Below are positions 9,060 through 16,377 of a DNA stretch of 64,000 nucleotides, in pieces. Numbering within the stretch: the first letter of the stretch is position 1; each line of letters starts with the position of its first letter. Both the position numbers and the translations under genes were made by a program. A model generated the notes under the pieces. That model saw only the letters and a program-made list of their open reading frames with translations. It made no database searches and was not told the origin of the DNA. Source of the stretch: a plasmid; the sequence record NZ_CP014527.1. One strand, 5' to 3'.

Positions 9060-9366
9060 ACAACATCATGAAATGTCAATGCAGGTATGGAGAGTAAAAG
9101 CCATGTAAAGGGGAAATAGACGGTATGTATAACTGCGAACAGTGGTGCAAATGAAATTGGCAAGTATCTAAGTGGTATTCTACGAGTTTCTACGAGTTTC
9201 CAAAAGTTTCTACGAGTTTCTACGAGTTTCCAAAAGTTTCTACGTCGTACCCACCGGCAGGATAGAGGAGGTGGGCCCACCTCCTGTCCTCATTCCATGA
9301 GGATGCTTATTCGCACGGCCGGGCCGTGCTCAACGCAAGCGTGAGAAAGGGGGAATTTTTTAACCG
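9060..9366. repeat. ~300-bp noncoding repeat element, copy 2 (see 3190-3490)
   Basis: 11-bp periodic array 'gtttctacgag'/'gtttccaaaag' x7 (9171-9245). Perfect palindrome aggaggtgggcccacctcct (9266-9285). Ends exactly at the Tn3-family repeat at 9366. Confidence 0.7.
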
Positions 9367-9403
9367 TTTCCGTCTCAGAAAACGGAAAATAAAGCACGCC
9401 AAG
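9366..9403 (+). repeat. Tn21-subgroup (Tn3-family) 38-bp terminal inverted repeat, IR-1 (outer 5 bp divergent)
   Basis: 'gtttccGTCTCAGAAAACGGAAAATAAAGCACGCcAAG' vs Tn21 IR GGGGTCGTCTCAGAAAACGGAAAATAAAGCACGCTAAG. Inner 33 bp match almost perfectly. Outer GGGGT replaced. Confidence 0.7.
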
Positions 9404-9569
9404 CCGACGTCGGTAACCACGGCGACGGTACCCGGAGACGACAGGGTTCGGGTTCGGGCGTGGGCTGAAAGGCAGGCTTCAACAGGTTTTGCGAAAAACA
9501 TGCTCACTTGGTTGCGTGGACATGATTTCTGCCTAAAAGGTCCGTCTCTGGATGCGGTTTTTCTTCCTG

Positions 9570-9597
9570 TGGAAAGGAAACTTTGCTATTCTTTCCA
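9570..9597 (+). promoter_or_regulatory. Palindromic putative operator upstream of the Xre-RES toxin-antitoxin operon
   Basis: tggaaag-N14-ctttcca inverted repeat 28 bp upstream of the antitoxin start. TA operons are typically autoregulated through such sites. Confidence 0.25.
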
Positions 9598-9624
9598 TAG
9601 GCAGACAAGAGAGGCCCTACCATC

Positions 9625-10008
9625 ATGACGCGGGCACCCAAGTCAGAAACACACCAGCCTGATGCAAGTGCTGTTCTGACCAAAGCTGTGATCCGGGCGG
9701 CGGATTATCTGGATATTCCGGCAACCGTGCTGGCAAGAATTCTGGGGCTCAGCGAGCCCACCATATCCCGCATGCGCAAGGGATCCTTTTTTCTTTCAAC
9801 AAAAAAGAAAGAATCCGAGATCGGCGTACTGTTTGTGCGTCTTTTCCGGTCTCTGGACGCGCTGGTCGGAGGAGACCAGGCCAGTGCACGGGCGTGGTTG
9901 ACCAATGTGAATACGGTCCTGCTGGATCGTCCGCTCAACCAGATACAAACCATAAACGGACTGTACAATGTCATTGCATACTTGGACGCCCGCCGCGCTG
10001 TCATCTGA
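9625..10008 (+). CDS. Xre-like HTH antitoxin of RES-Xre (ParS/MbcA-like, DUF2384-type) toxin-antitoxin pair
   Basis: 127 aa. 'AVLTKAVIRAADYLDIPATVLARILGLSEPTISRMRKG' HTH. Upstream of and overlapping a RES-domain gene. Confidence 0.75.
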   Translation: MTRAPKSETHQPDASAVLTKAVIRAADYLDIPATVLARILGLSEPTISRMRKGSFFLSTKKKESEIGVLFVRLFRSLDALVGGDQASARAWLTNVNTVLLDRPLNQIQTINGLYNVIAYLDARRAVI

Positions 10009-10744
10009 GTTCCGGTCTTTTACGGGGTTGTGCTGGCGTCTGGTGGAGTGCCAGCACTACGTTTCGACGCTGAAAATAGTCGACAGCCTTGAAGAGCAGC
10101 GCATTCTGGAAATGTTGGTAGAAGAAACAAAGCCACCGCTGCCCCCGGAATGTCAAAGCCTGCATTTCCTTCTGTCCACGCCTTTCCGGTATGACCCGGC
10201 GTATCCAAAGGGTTCCCGGTTCCGGCGGGCCGGACGCACGCCGGGTGTCTATTACGCCGCCATGGAGCCTGAAACCGCCGTTGCCGAGATCGCTTTCTAC
10301 CGGGTCCTGTTTTTTGCGGAATCCCCGGGTACACCATGGCCGGTCAACCCGGCTGAATACACCGCCTTTGCGGTCGACGTGGAAAGCCGAAGCGTTGTTG
10401 ACCTGACATCCCTGCCGTTGTCACAGGGGCGGGCGGTCTGGACGGACCCGGTGAACTACGAACCGTGTCAGGCGCTGGCAGAAACGGCCAAGCAGGCGGG
10501 GGCCGGGATGATCCGGTATGAATCGGTGCGTGACCCGCGTGGCCGGCATAATCTCGCCCTTATGACCTGTCAGGCGTTCAGGGGCGGACAACCGGCACAT
10601 TGCCAGACATGGCGGATCCTGCTCAGTCACGTCGGGGCCCAAGCTCTGTGTGAGTTTCCACAGGTGTATTTAGCTTTTGATCGGGATGAATTCTCGTCAG
10701 ACCCGCGCCTGAACGGGATGGACTGGAAACGGCCTTCCCGGTAA
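9968..10744 (+). CDS. RES-domain toxin (ParT/MbcT-like NAD+-targeting toxin); true start probably downstream of 9968
   Basis: Downstream partner of the Xre antitoxin. Conserved Arg/Glu/Ser-containing segments (e.g. 'RFRRAGRTPGVYYAAMEPETAVAEIAFYRV', 'IRYESVRD'). The 41-nt overlap with the antitoxin suggests an internal GTG/TTG start near 10030-10046. Confidence 0.7.
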   Translation: MSLHTWTPAALSSEFRSFTGLCWRLVECQHYVSTLKIVDSLEEQRILEMLVEETKPPLPPECQSLHFLLSTPFRYDPAYPKGSRFRRAGRTPGVYYAAMEPETAVAEIAFYRVLFFAESPGTPWPVNPAEYTAFAVDVESRSVVDLTSLPLSQGRAVWTDPVNYEPCQALAETAKQAGAGMIRYESVRDPRGRHNLALMTCQAFRGGQPAHCQTWRILLSHVGAQALCEFPQVYLAFDRDEFSSDPRLNGMDWKRPSR

Positions 10745-11194
10745 ACCAAAGAGAAACCCTAGATTGTGTTGGTGACCTACCACCCACGGCCCTTTCCCAG
10801 CACTTTTCCCATCGCGTCAACCACATTCATGCCCATCGGCCCGGTTGCGGCCTGTCCGGTGAGGTAGAGCCGCCAGTTCCTGGCCTGTGACGGAAGAAGC
10901 TGGTTCTGGCGGATGGCAAGGTAGCGACGCCAGCGATGATCGGACAGGAGGCCGCGTCCGGCCAGCGGACGCAGGCGATAACGACGGACGGGCTGGCCCG
11001 TCCGGATCTTGTTCCTGGCGATATGGGCAGGATCACGGTAGGAACCAAGGCGTTTCTCCAGCGCACCACGGCTGCACGTACGGTCAAGCGCACTGGCTTT
11101 CATGTGGGGTGGCTTGCTGGTGTCGGAATCAAGCGGACGGAACACCAGGCCACGGCCGCGCTGGACAAGAACAACGCCGAACCGGTCTGCCAGC

Positions 11195-11263
11195 CTCTGG
11201 CGCAGCCGCGTCAAGATCGGCACTGGCAAGTTCAGGCCGCTACGACCACTGAAACCGTCTTAG
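11195..11263 (+). pseudogene. tnpA: Tn21-like tnpA 3'-terminal relic (last ~22 codons)
   Basis: Translates to 'LWRSRVKIGTGKFRPLRPLKPS*', matching the TnpA C-terminus pattern ...LWRSSAKIGAGKFRPLRPLQPA*. Stop codon lies inside IR-2. Confidence 0.5.
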
Positions 11264-11296
11264 CGTGCTTTATTTTCCCTTTTCTGAGACGACCCC
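11259..11296 (-). repeat. Tn21-subgroup (Tn3-family) 38-bp terminal inverted repeat, IR-2
   Basis: Reverse complement ggggtcgtctcagaaaagggaaaataaagcacgctaag has 37/38 identity to the Tn21 IR. Inverted relative to IR-1, so IR-1/IR-2 bracket 1.93 kb carrying the RES-Xre pair. Confidence 0.85.
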
Positions 11297-11297
11297 T

Positions 11298-11386
11298 ATC
11301 AACCTGACCGGAGATTACCTGTGGCGCAGCAGCGCCAAGATCGGCGCAGGCAAATTCAGGCCACTACGACCGCTACAGCCGGCTTA
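11298..11386 (+). pseudogene. tnpA: Tn21-like tnpA 3'-terminal relic (last 29 codons)
   Basis: Translates to 'INLTGDYLWRSSAKIGAGKFRPLRPLQPA*', the C-terminal peptide of Tn21-subgroup TnpA (recalled from memory). Begins immediately outside IR-2. Stop codon TAG inside IR-3. Confidence 0.8.
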
Positions 11387-11420
11387 GCGTACGATTTTTT
11401 CCGTTTTCTGAGACGACCCC
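11383..11420 (-). repeat. Tn21-subgroup (Tn3-family) 38-bp terminal inverted repeat, IR-3 (IRtnp-type end)
   Basis: Reverse complement ggggtcgtctcagaaaacggaaaaaatcgtacgctaag. Preceded by the tnpA 3' relic exactly as at a Tn21 IRtnp end. Confidence 0.8.
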
Positions 11421-11547
11421 AAGTTGTCGCATTGTTCCGTTTTGTGGTTAAAAAACAATGCTTGGCGGGATAAACACACGAAACCCCGCTTGCAATTTAT
11501 CGGCGATGCCTCATAATGCTGCAGATTGCATTATTTCAGGGGCTAGA

Positions 11548-11742
11548 ATGACCGCCAAACACCGTATAACCATCAACATGACTGAGGCGGAATATACCGC
11601 CCTTGCGGCTCTGGCTGAACGGTTTCAAGTTTCAATGGCATGGCTTGGCCGCCGTGCTTTGGGTGAGATGGTAGAAAAATACAAACACGCAGGGCAACTC
11701 ACCATGCCCTTTGACGCAACACCGCCAAAGGAAAAATCATGA
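11548..11742 (+). CDS. Ribbon-helix-helix (CopG/Arc-like) DNA-binding protein, candidate controller of the downstream R-M operon
   Basis: 'MTAKHRITINMTEAEYTALAALAERFQVSMAWLGRRALGEMV' shows a beta-strand-helix-helix pattern. Stop codon overlaps the methyltransferase ATG (ATGA). Confidence 0.55.
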   Translation: MTAKHRITINMTEAEYTALAALAERFQVSMAWLGRRALGEMVEKYKHAGQLTMPFDATPPKEKS

Positions 11743-13382
11743 GAGCCAGCGCACTTGCCCCCGTTGTTCACCCACAATCAACCCGCCGGATAAATCTGCC
11801 GCTCAAAAAACCTACGCTTGAAACACCAACGCAGCTGGCCGACCGCATCGGCCAAAACTACACCAACCAAAAAAACGCCGAACACCGCAAAAGCCACGGG
11901 CTTTATTTAACCCCGCCGCCAGTGGCTGCCTTTATGGCAGATATGATCTGCCCCCGTGATACGCTACGCCTGCTTGATCCCGCCGCCGGTGCTGGCATTT
12001 TACTTTGCGCGGCCATCGAGCGGCTGGCCGCCTGCCCCAACCCGCCGCGTTTGGTTGAGATTGTCGCTTATGAAATTGATCCACCGTTAGCGGCCATGCT
12101 GGCCGAGGTTCTCGACCATCTAACCGCTTGGGCCGCTGGCAAGGGCATGACGATCAAAACCACAATCCGCTGCACTGATTTTATTTTGGCCGAGGCCGCC
12201 GCCCTGCATCATCGCCCCGCTAATCGCTTCGATGCCGTCATTGCTAACCCGCCTTATTTTAAGATCAACAAAGATGACCCCCGCGCCGTTGCGGCTTGTG
12301 ATGTTGTGCATGGTCAGCCCAATATCTATGGCCTGTTCATGGCTGTTGCCGCCGCGATGCTGAGTCAAGGCGGCGATCTGGTATTTATCACCCCGCGTAG
12401 CTTTGCATCAGGCCCTTATTTTAAGCGATTCCGCGAACGGTTTTTTTCAATGGTGCGACCGCTTAGAACTCATGTTTTTGCTTCCCGCCGCGATGCCTTT
12501 AGCCGCGATGCAGTGCTGCAAGAAAATGTTATCCTACATGCAATCCGCGCCGATGGATGGACAACCAAGCCCAACGGCCTGCCCTTCACAATTTCCAGCA
12601 GCACCGGCATGGGCGATCTTGACCAAGCCACCGAATACCCAGCCGCCTTAGCCGATGTAATCGACCCTAAAAATTTGGCTGGTGCTTTCCGTTTACCCTC
12701 AGGCCCCGAAGATGAAGACATTTTGCGCCGTGTGGACAGTTGGACAGGCTCACTTCATGCTTATGGGTTGGATATTTCCACCGGCCCCGTGGTGCCATTC
12801 CGCGCCACAGAACATCTAGCCGAGCAAGCTAATGGCGTAACCGTTCCCTTGTTGTGGTTAAACCATGTCAAGGCGATGGAGATTCAATGGCCGACCGCTA
12901 GCCGTAAACCGCAATACATTAAAAACAAAACCAATTCCCAACGCCTGCTTGTGCCAAACAGCACTTACATTCTGTTGCGCCGATTCAGTGCCAAGGAAGA
13001 GCACCGCCGCATGACCGCAGCCCCCTTGCTGGCCGGTCAGATTCCAGCCGCCATGATCGGTATTGAAAACCATCTAAACTATATTCACCGACCAGGCGGC
13101 AACATCAGCGATGATGAAGCCTTTGGCTTGGCCGCTTTGCTCAACAGCGCATTGATGGATGGGTATTTTCGTTGCACCAACGGCAATACCCAAGTCAGTG
13201 CCACCGAATTACGCGCCATGCCTTTGCCGCCCTTAGCCGCTATCGCCCAGCTTGGCCGCCGCGTCAGAAAAAAACCCGACAACATGGCTTTAATTGATGA
13301 TTTGGTTGAGGCGTTGACGCACAACCCCGATCAAATCAAGGTTAAAACGACCGAAAAACAAAAAGGAGAAGCCTTTGCCTGA
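11739..13382 (+). CDS. N6-adenine DNA methyltransferase, gamma-class (M.PstI/M.BsuBI / Eco57I-type family)
   Basis: AdoMet motif I 'LLDPAAGAGILLCAAIERL' precedes motif IV 'VIANPPYFKINKDD' (NPPY). 547 aa, close to M.PstI/M.BsuBI (~500 aa). Followed by a BsuBI/PstI-family REase gene. Confidence 0.85.
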   Translation: MRASALAPVVHPQSTRRINLPLKKPTLETPTQLADRIGQNYTNQKNAEHRKSHGLYLTPPPVAAFMADMICPRDTLRLLDPAAGAGILLCAAIERLAACPNPPRLVEIVAYEIDPPLAAMLAEVLDHLTAWAAGKGMTIKTTIRCTDFILAEAAALHHRPANRFDAVIANPPYFKINKDDPRAVAACDVVHGQPNIYGLFMAVAAAMLSQGGDLVFITPRSFASGPYFKRFRERFFSMVRPLRTHVFASRRDAFSRDAVLQENVILHAIRADGWTTKPNGLPFTISSSTGMGDLDQATEYPAALADVIDPKNLAGAFRLPSGPEDEDILRRVDSWTGSLHAYGLDISTGPVVPFRATEHLAEQANGVTVPLLWLNHVKAMEIQWPTASRKPQYIKNKTNSQRLLVPNSTYILLRRFSAKEEHRRMTAAPLLAGQIPAAMIGIENHLNYIHRPGGNISDDEAFGLAALLNSALMDGYFRCTNGNTQVSATELRAMPLPPLAAIAQLGRRVRKKPDNMALIDDLVEALTHNPDQIKVKTTEKQKGEAFA

Positions 13383-14316
13383 TATTCACCAAGCCCAAGA
13401 TATTCTAAAAAGTCTTGGCCTACCAGCCGCACAGCAGAATGAAATTTCCGCGCTAACCTTGCTGGCTCTTGTCGGGCTAGGCCCAACTGATCCTTGGTCA
13501 GCGGCTACCCGCAGCCGCCGCAGCGTATCAAAAGACATCATGGCTTTTATCGCCGAGCGTTTCGGTAAACACTATGCGCCCAACACCCGTGAAACCGTGC
13601 GGCGGCAAGTGTTGCATCAATTCGTGCAAGCCCGTATCGCCGATTATAACCCGTTCGAGCAGGACTTGCCGACCAATAGCCCCCGCGCTCATTACGCCAT
13701 CACCGATGATGCGTTGAGCGCAATTAAAACCTATGGCACAAAAGCATGGGCCGATGCCGTGGCACAATTCATTGCTACACACGGTTCACTTTCCAACACC
13801 TATGCAAAACACCGATCCACCGGAAAGCTGGTTCCAATCACTTTGCCGGACGGCAGCACCATTGAACTATCGCCCGGCAAGCATAATGACGTACAGAAAG
13901 CCATTATCGAGCAATTCGCGCCGCGTTTTGCGCCTGATTCCAAGCTGCTTTATATCGGCGACACCGCTAAAAAGAATGTCATAATGGATGCCAAAACCTT
14001 GGCCGATTTTGGCCTTGGTGCCGATGACCACGATAAATTGCCGGATGTGGTATTACTCGACCAAAAGAAGAATTGGTTGTTTCTAATTGAAGCGGTAACA
14101 TCACATGGCCCTATGTCACCCAAGCGCGTATTCGAGCTTGAGGAACGGTTAAAGGGCAGCCAAGCTGGGCCAGTTTATGTTAGCGCATTCCCAGATATGG
14201 CCGAGTTTCGTAAACACATGAAAGATATTGCTTGGGAAAGCGAAGTCTGGATTGCTGAAACACCGGATCACATGATCCATTTCAATGGCGATAGGTTTTT
14301 AGGGCCGAGAAAATAG
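13375..14316 (+). CDS. Type II restriction endonuclease, BsuBI/PstI family
   Basis: 313 aa, the size and position expected for R.PstI/R.BsuBI. TTG start 4 nt after a strong SD 'aaaaggagaa'. Overlaps the MTase stop. Family call rests on synteny plus overall similarity recalled from memory, not a computed alignment. Confidence 0.7.
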   Translation: MPDIHQAQDILKSLGLPAAQQNEISALTLLALVGLGPTDPWSAATRSRRSVSKDIMAFIAERFGKHYAPNTRETVRRQVLHQFVQARIADYNPFEQDLPTNSPRAHYAITDDALSAIKTYGTKAWADAVAQFIATHGSLSNTYAKHRSTGKLVPITLPDGSTIELSPGKHNDVQKAIIEQFAPRFAPDSKLLYIGDTAKKNVIMDAKTLADFGLGADDHDKLPDVVLLDQKKNWLFLIEAVTSHGPMSPKRVFELEERLKGSQAGPVYVSAFPDMAEFRKHMKDIAWESEVWIAETPDHMIHFNGDRFLGPRK

Positions 14317-14349
14317 GCACCGACTATCAAAACGCGGAGAGGCTATATC

Positions 14350-15051
14350 ATGGCAAGATGTACAGCACCAGTATATGGCCACCGCACATCGAGCGGGGCA
14401 GCTGCCTGCCCCGCATGTAATGGACGCTATAGAAGCTATACCTCACACTCATATTCACCGCCGCCGCCTTACTTCACCACCACAACAGTGAGCAATTGGG
14501 GTGGCCGAAGCAGCGGAAGTAGTTCTGGCAGCAGCGGAAAGGTTCGCTGGTCTCGGCCAGGTTCGTCCGTGATGTACACGCCTGCCCAGATACGGACGCT
14601 CACGCCTGTCCGTGAAAACATCGAAAACAAAACGTCCGTTCTCGATCTTCGGGACGTTTTTCTTTGCCATGCGTGGGACGACAGGAAAGGGGCTGCCAAG
14701 GAACTGCATGATCTGCTCCAGTCGCTCGGGGTATCGGTCTGGTTCAGCGAGAAGGATGTAGCCCTCGGCACTTCGTTGCTCCGCGAAATCGACAAAGGAT
14801 TGGTGAAGTCCCGAGTCGGGATCGTACTAGTGACCCCAGCACTGTTGCGTCGCATTCAAGGAGAGGGAATCGCCGACAAAGAGCTTTCGGCACTACTAGC
14901 GCGTGACCTGCTTGTTCCTGTTGTGCATGAAACCACGTATGACGCCCTCCGAGAAGTTAGCCCACTGCTCGGTTCGCGAAGCGGCCTGAGCACCGCAGAA
15001 GAGCCGATGGCAGACATTGCGGCCAAGCTCGCTGAACTAGTCGCCCCCTAG
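14350..15051 (+). CDS. TIR-domain protein (bacterial Toll/interleukin-1 receptor-like, putative NADase effector) with N-terminal Cys-x2-Cys and Ser/Gly-rich linker
   Basis: TIR core 'DVFLCHAWDDRKGAAKELHDLLQSLGVSVWFSEKDVALGTSLLREIDKGLVKSRVGIVLVTPALL' with the conserved catalytic Glu context (WFSE). SD 'GGAGAGG' 7 nt upstream. Starts 33 bp after the REase stop. Confidence 0.8.
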   Translation: MARCTAPVYGHRTSSGAAACPACNGRYRSYTSHSYSPPPPYFTTTTVSNWGGRSSGSSSGSSGKVRWSRPGSSVMYTPAQIRTLTPVRENIENKTSVLDLRDVFLCHAWDDRKGAAKELHDLLQSLGVSVWFSEKDVALGTSLLREIDKGLVKSRVGIVLVTPALLRRIQGEGIADKELSALLARDLLVPVVHETTYDALREVSPLLGSRSGLSTAEEPMADIAAKLAELVAP

Positions 15052-15129
15052 ATTGAATGCCCCAACAGTATAATTAAACAAGACCCCCACGAGGCCACGG
15101 ATGCAAAATTCCAAACTTAGGATTCACGC

Positions 15130-15339
15130 ATGATTGTCGTTATGGACAAAGAAGGCACACTTCATATTGAAGACGAAAATGGTAATGCTATGGACGGTTG
15201 CCGCATTAGTGCCACGAGATTCGATGAAACTTATATTGATGGCCTTTATGGCCGAAAATATTTTCCGGCCACCATGTGGGCGACCGTGGTTCGCAAAGGT
15301 GGTAAATATCGTGAGGTAAAAGTTACGCAAAAGAAATAG
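15130..15339 (+). CDS. Small hypothetical protein (69 aa) in a locally AT-rich segment
   Basis: AGGA 8 nt upstream of ATG. Followed by a 9-bp-stem hairpin cctaaaaac-ccac-gtttttagg (15349-15370). ~42% GC vs ~59% around it. No known domain. Confidence 0.4.
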   Translation: MIVVMDKEGTLHIEDENGNAMDGCRISATRFDETYIDGLYGRKYFPATMWATVVRKGGKYREVKVTQKK

Positions 15340-15390
15340 CTATGACGTCCTAAAAACCCACGTTTTTAGGATATTGGCCACCCTGCCCCG

Positions 15391-15424
15391 CTGTGAGCTT
15401 GATCGCTAAATGGCTTTGAATTTT
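15391..15424 (+). repeat. 33-bp inverted repeat (partner copies at 16301-16333 and 20345-20377 in opposite orientation)
   Basis: gatcgctaaatggctttgaattttgattgctat is the exact reverse complement of atagcaatcaaaattcaaagccatttagcgatc found at 16301 and 20345. Confidence 0.75.
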
Positions 15425-15429
15425 GATTG

Positions 15430-16011
15430 CTATCTGGCGTGCTCGGTGCGTGTGAGGGTGCGGTACACGGTCGGCCTGGAGACGGAGAACAGCTCGGCCA
15501 GATCGCTGATGCTGTAGTCACCGGTATCGTACATCCGCCGCAACTCGCATTGCTGCCGTTCGGAGAGCTTGGGCTTCTTGCCGCGTAGTTTGCCCTTGGC
15601 GCGGGCTACCGCCATGCCCTCGCGGGTTCGTAGCCGGATGATGTCCGACTCAAACTCCGCAAAGGTAGCGAGGATATTGAAGAACATCTTCCCCATGGGG
15701 TCGGTCGGGTCATAGATGGACGCGCCCAAGGCCAGTCGTACCTTGCGCTCCGTCAAGGTGTCGGCGATCTCCCGTGCATCGAGGACCGAGCGTGCGAGGC
15801 GGTCGAGCTTCGTGATGACCAGCGTGTCACCCGCCCTCACGGCCGCAAGCGCCTGGTCGAGACCGGGCCGTGTGCGTGTGCGCCCGGTCAGCCCCTGATC
15901 CGTATAGATGCGATCCGGAGCAACACCGAGTTCGACGAGGGCATGACGCTGCGCAGCAAGGTCTTGCTTGTCAGTAGAGCAGCGCGCGTAACCAATCGTA
16001 ATATTCTTCAT
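15430..16011 (-). CDS. Small serine recombinase (resolvase/DNA-invertase family, Tn3 TnpR/Hin-like)
   Basis: 193 aa. 'IGYARCSTDKQDLAAQ' catalytic Ser motif. C-terminal HTH 'YSISDLAELFSVSRPTVYRTL'. Confidence 0.85.
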   Translation of the reverse strand: MKNITIGYARCSTDKQDLAAQRHALVELGVAPDRIYTDQGLTGRTRTRPGLDQALAAVRAGDTLVITKLDRLARSVLDAREIADTLTERKVRLALGASIYDPTDPMGKMFFNILATFAEFESDIIRLRTREGMAVARAKGKLRGKKPKLSERQQCELRRMYDTGDYSISDLAELFSVSRPTVYRTLTRTEHAR

Positions 16012-16014
16012 GTC

Positions 16015-16100
16015 ATAAGATGTACGTTAGACGTACCGTTACTGCAATTTTTATCGTACCATTCAATTGATAAAGAAAACCTCCCGTTATTTACCGATAT
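16015..16100. promoter_or_regulatory. Putative recombinase binding/res-like region upstream of the resolvase gene
   Basis: Palindrome gtacgttagacgtac and additional 'cgtacc' half-site repeats within 90 bp of the recombinase start codon. Serine resolvases typically autoregulate from res. Confidence 0.3.
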
Positions 16101-16127
16101 GTGTACTGAGTGGGTTTATGATGATGA

Positions 16128-16345
16128 ACCGTCCGCACAACGATCCTCTTACGGACAATCTCACAGACTTCTCTGAAGAACAGCGCAGCCAGGCAATGCG
16201 CCGGTTTGCGCTTCTCCGGCCGCATCAATGAACTCGCCATGATCACTGAAGATGTCGTCGATGCCGCAGGACAGGCCCTCGTCATCGGGAACGCCAAATA
16301 GCAATCAAAATTCAAAGCCATTTAGCGATCAAGGTCACAGGTATC
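16128..16345 (+). repeat. ~215-bp repeated module, copy 1 (copy 2 at 20175-20390), ending in the 33-bp IR
   Basis: Near-identical to 20175-20390 from 'acaatctcacagacttctctgaag...' through '...gccatttagcgatcaaggtcaca'. In copy 1 the left 15-bp hairpin arm is absent and the 16-bp central spacer is inverted relative to copy 2. Confidence 0.75.
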
Positions 16346-16377
16346 TCGAAACCGGACCGGCTTGTAAATGGCCGTTT

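Noticed and set aside
10777-11229. 150-aa minus-strand ORF considered as a possible transposase fragment
   Set aside because: No recognisable transposase motifs. The Tn3-family TnpA relics are on the plus strand in short frames ending inside IR-2/IR-3, so this ORF is more likely noncoding.
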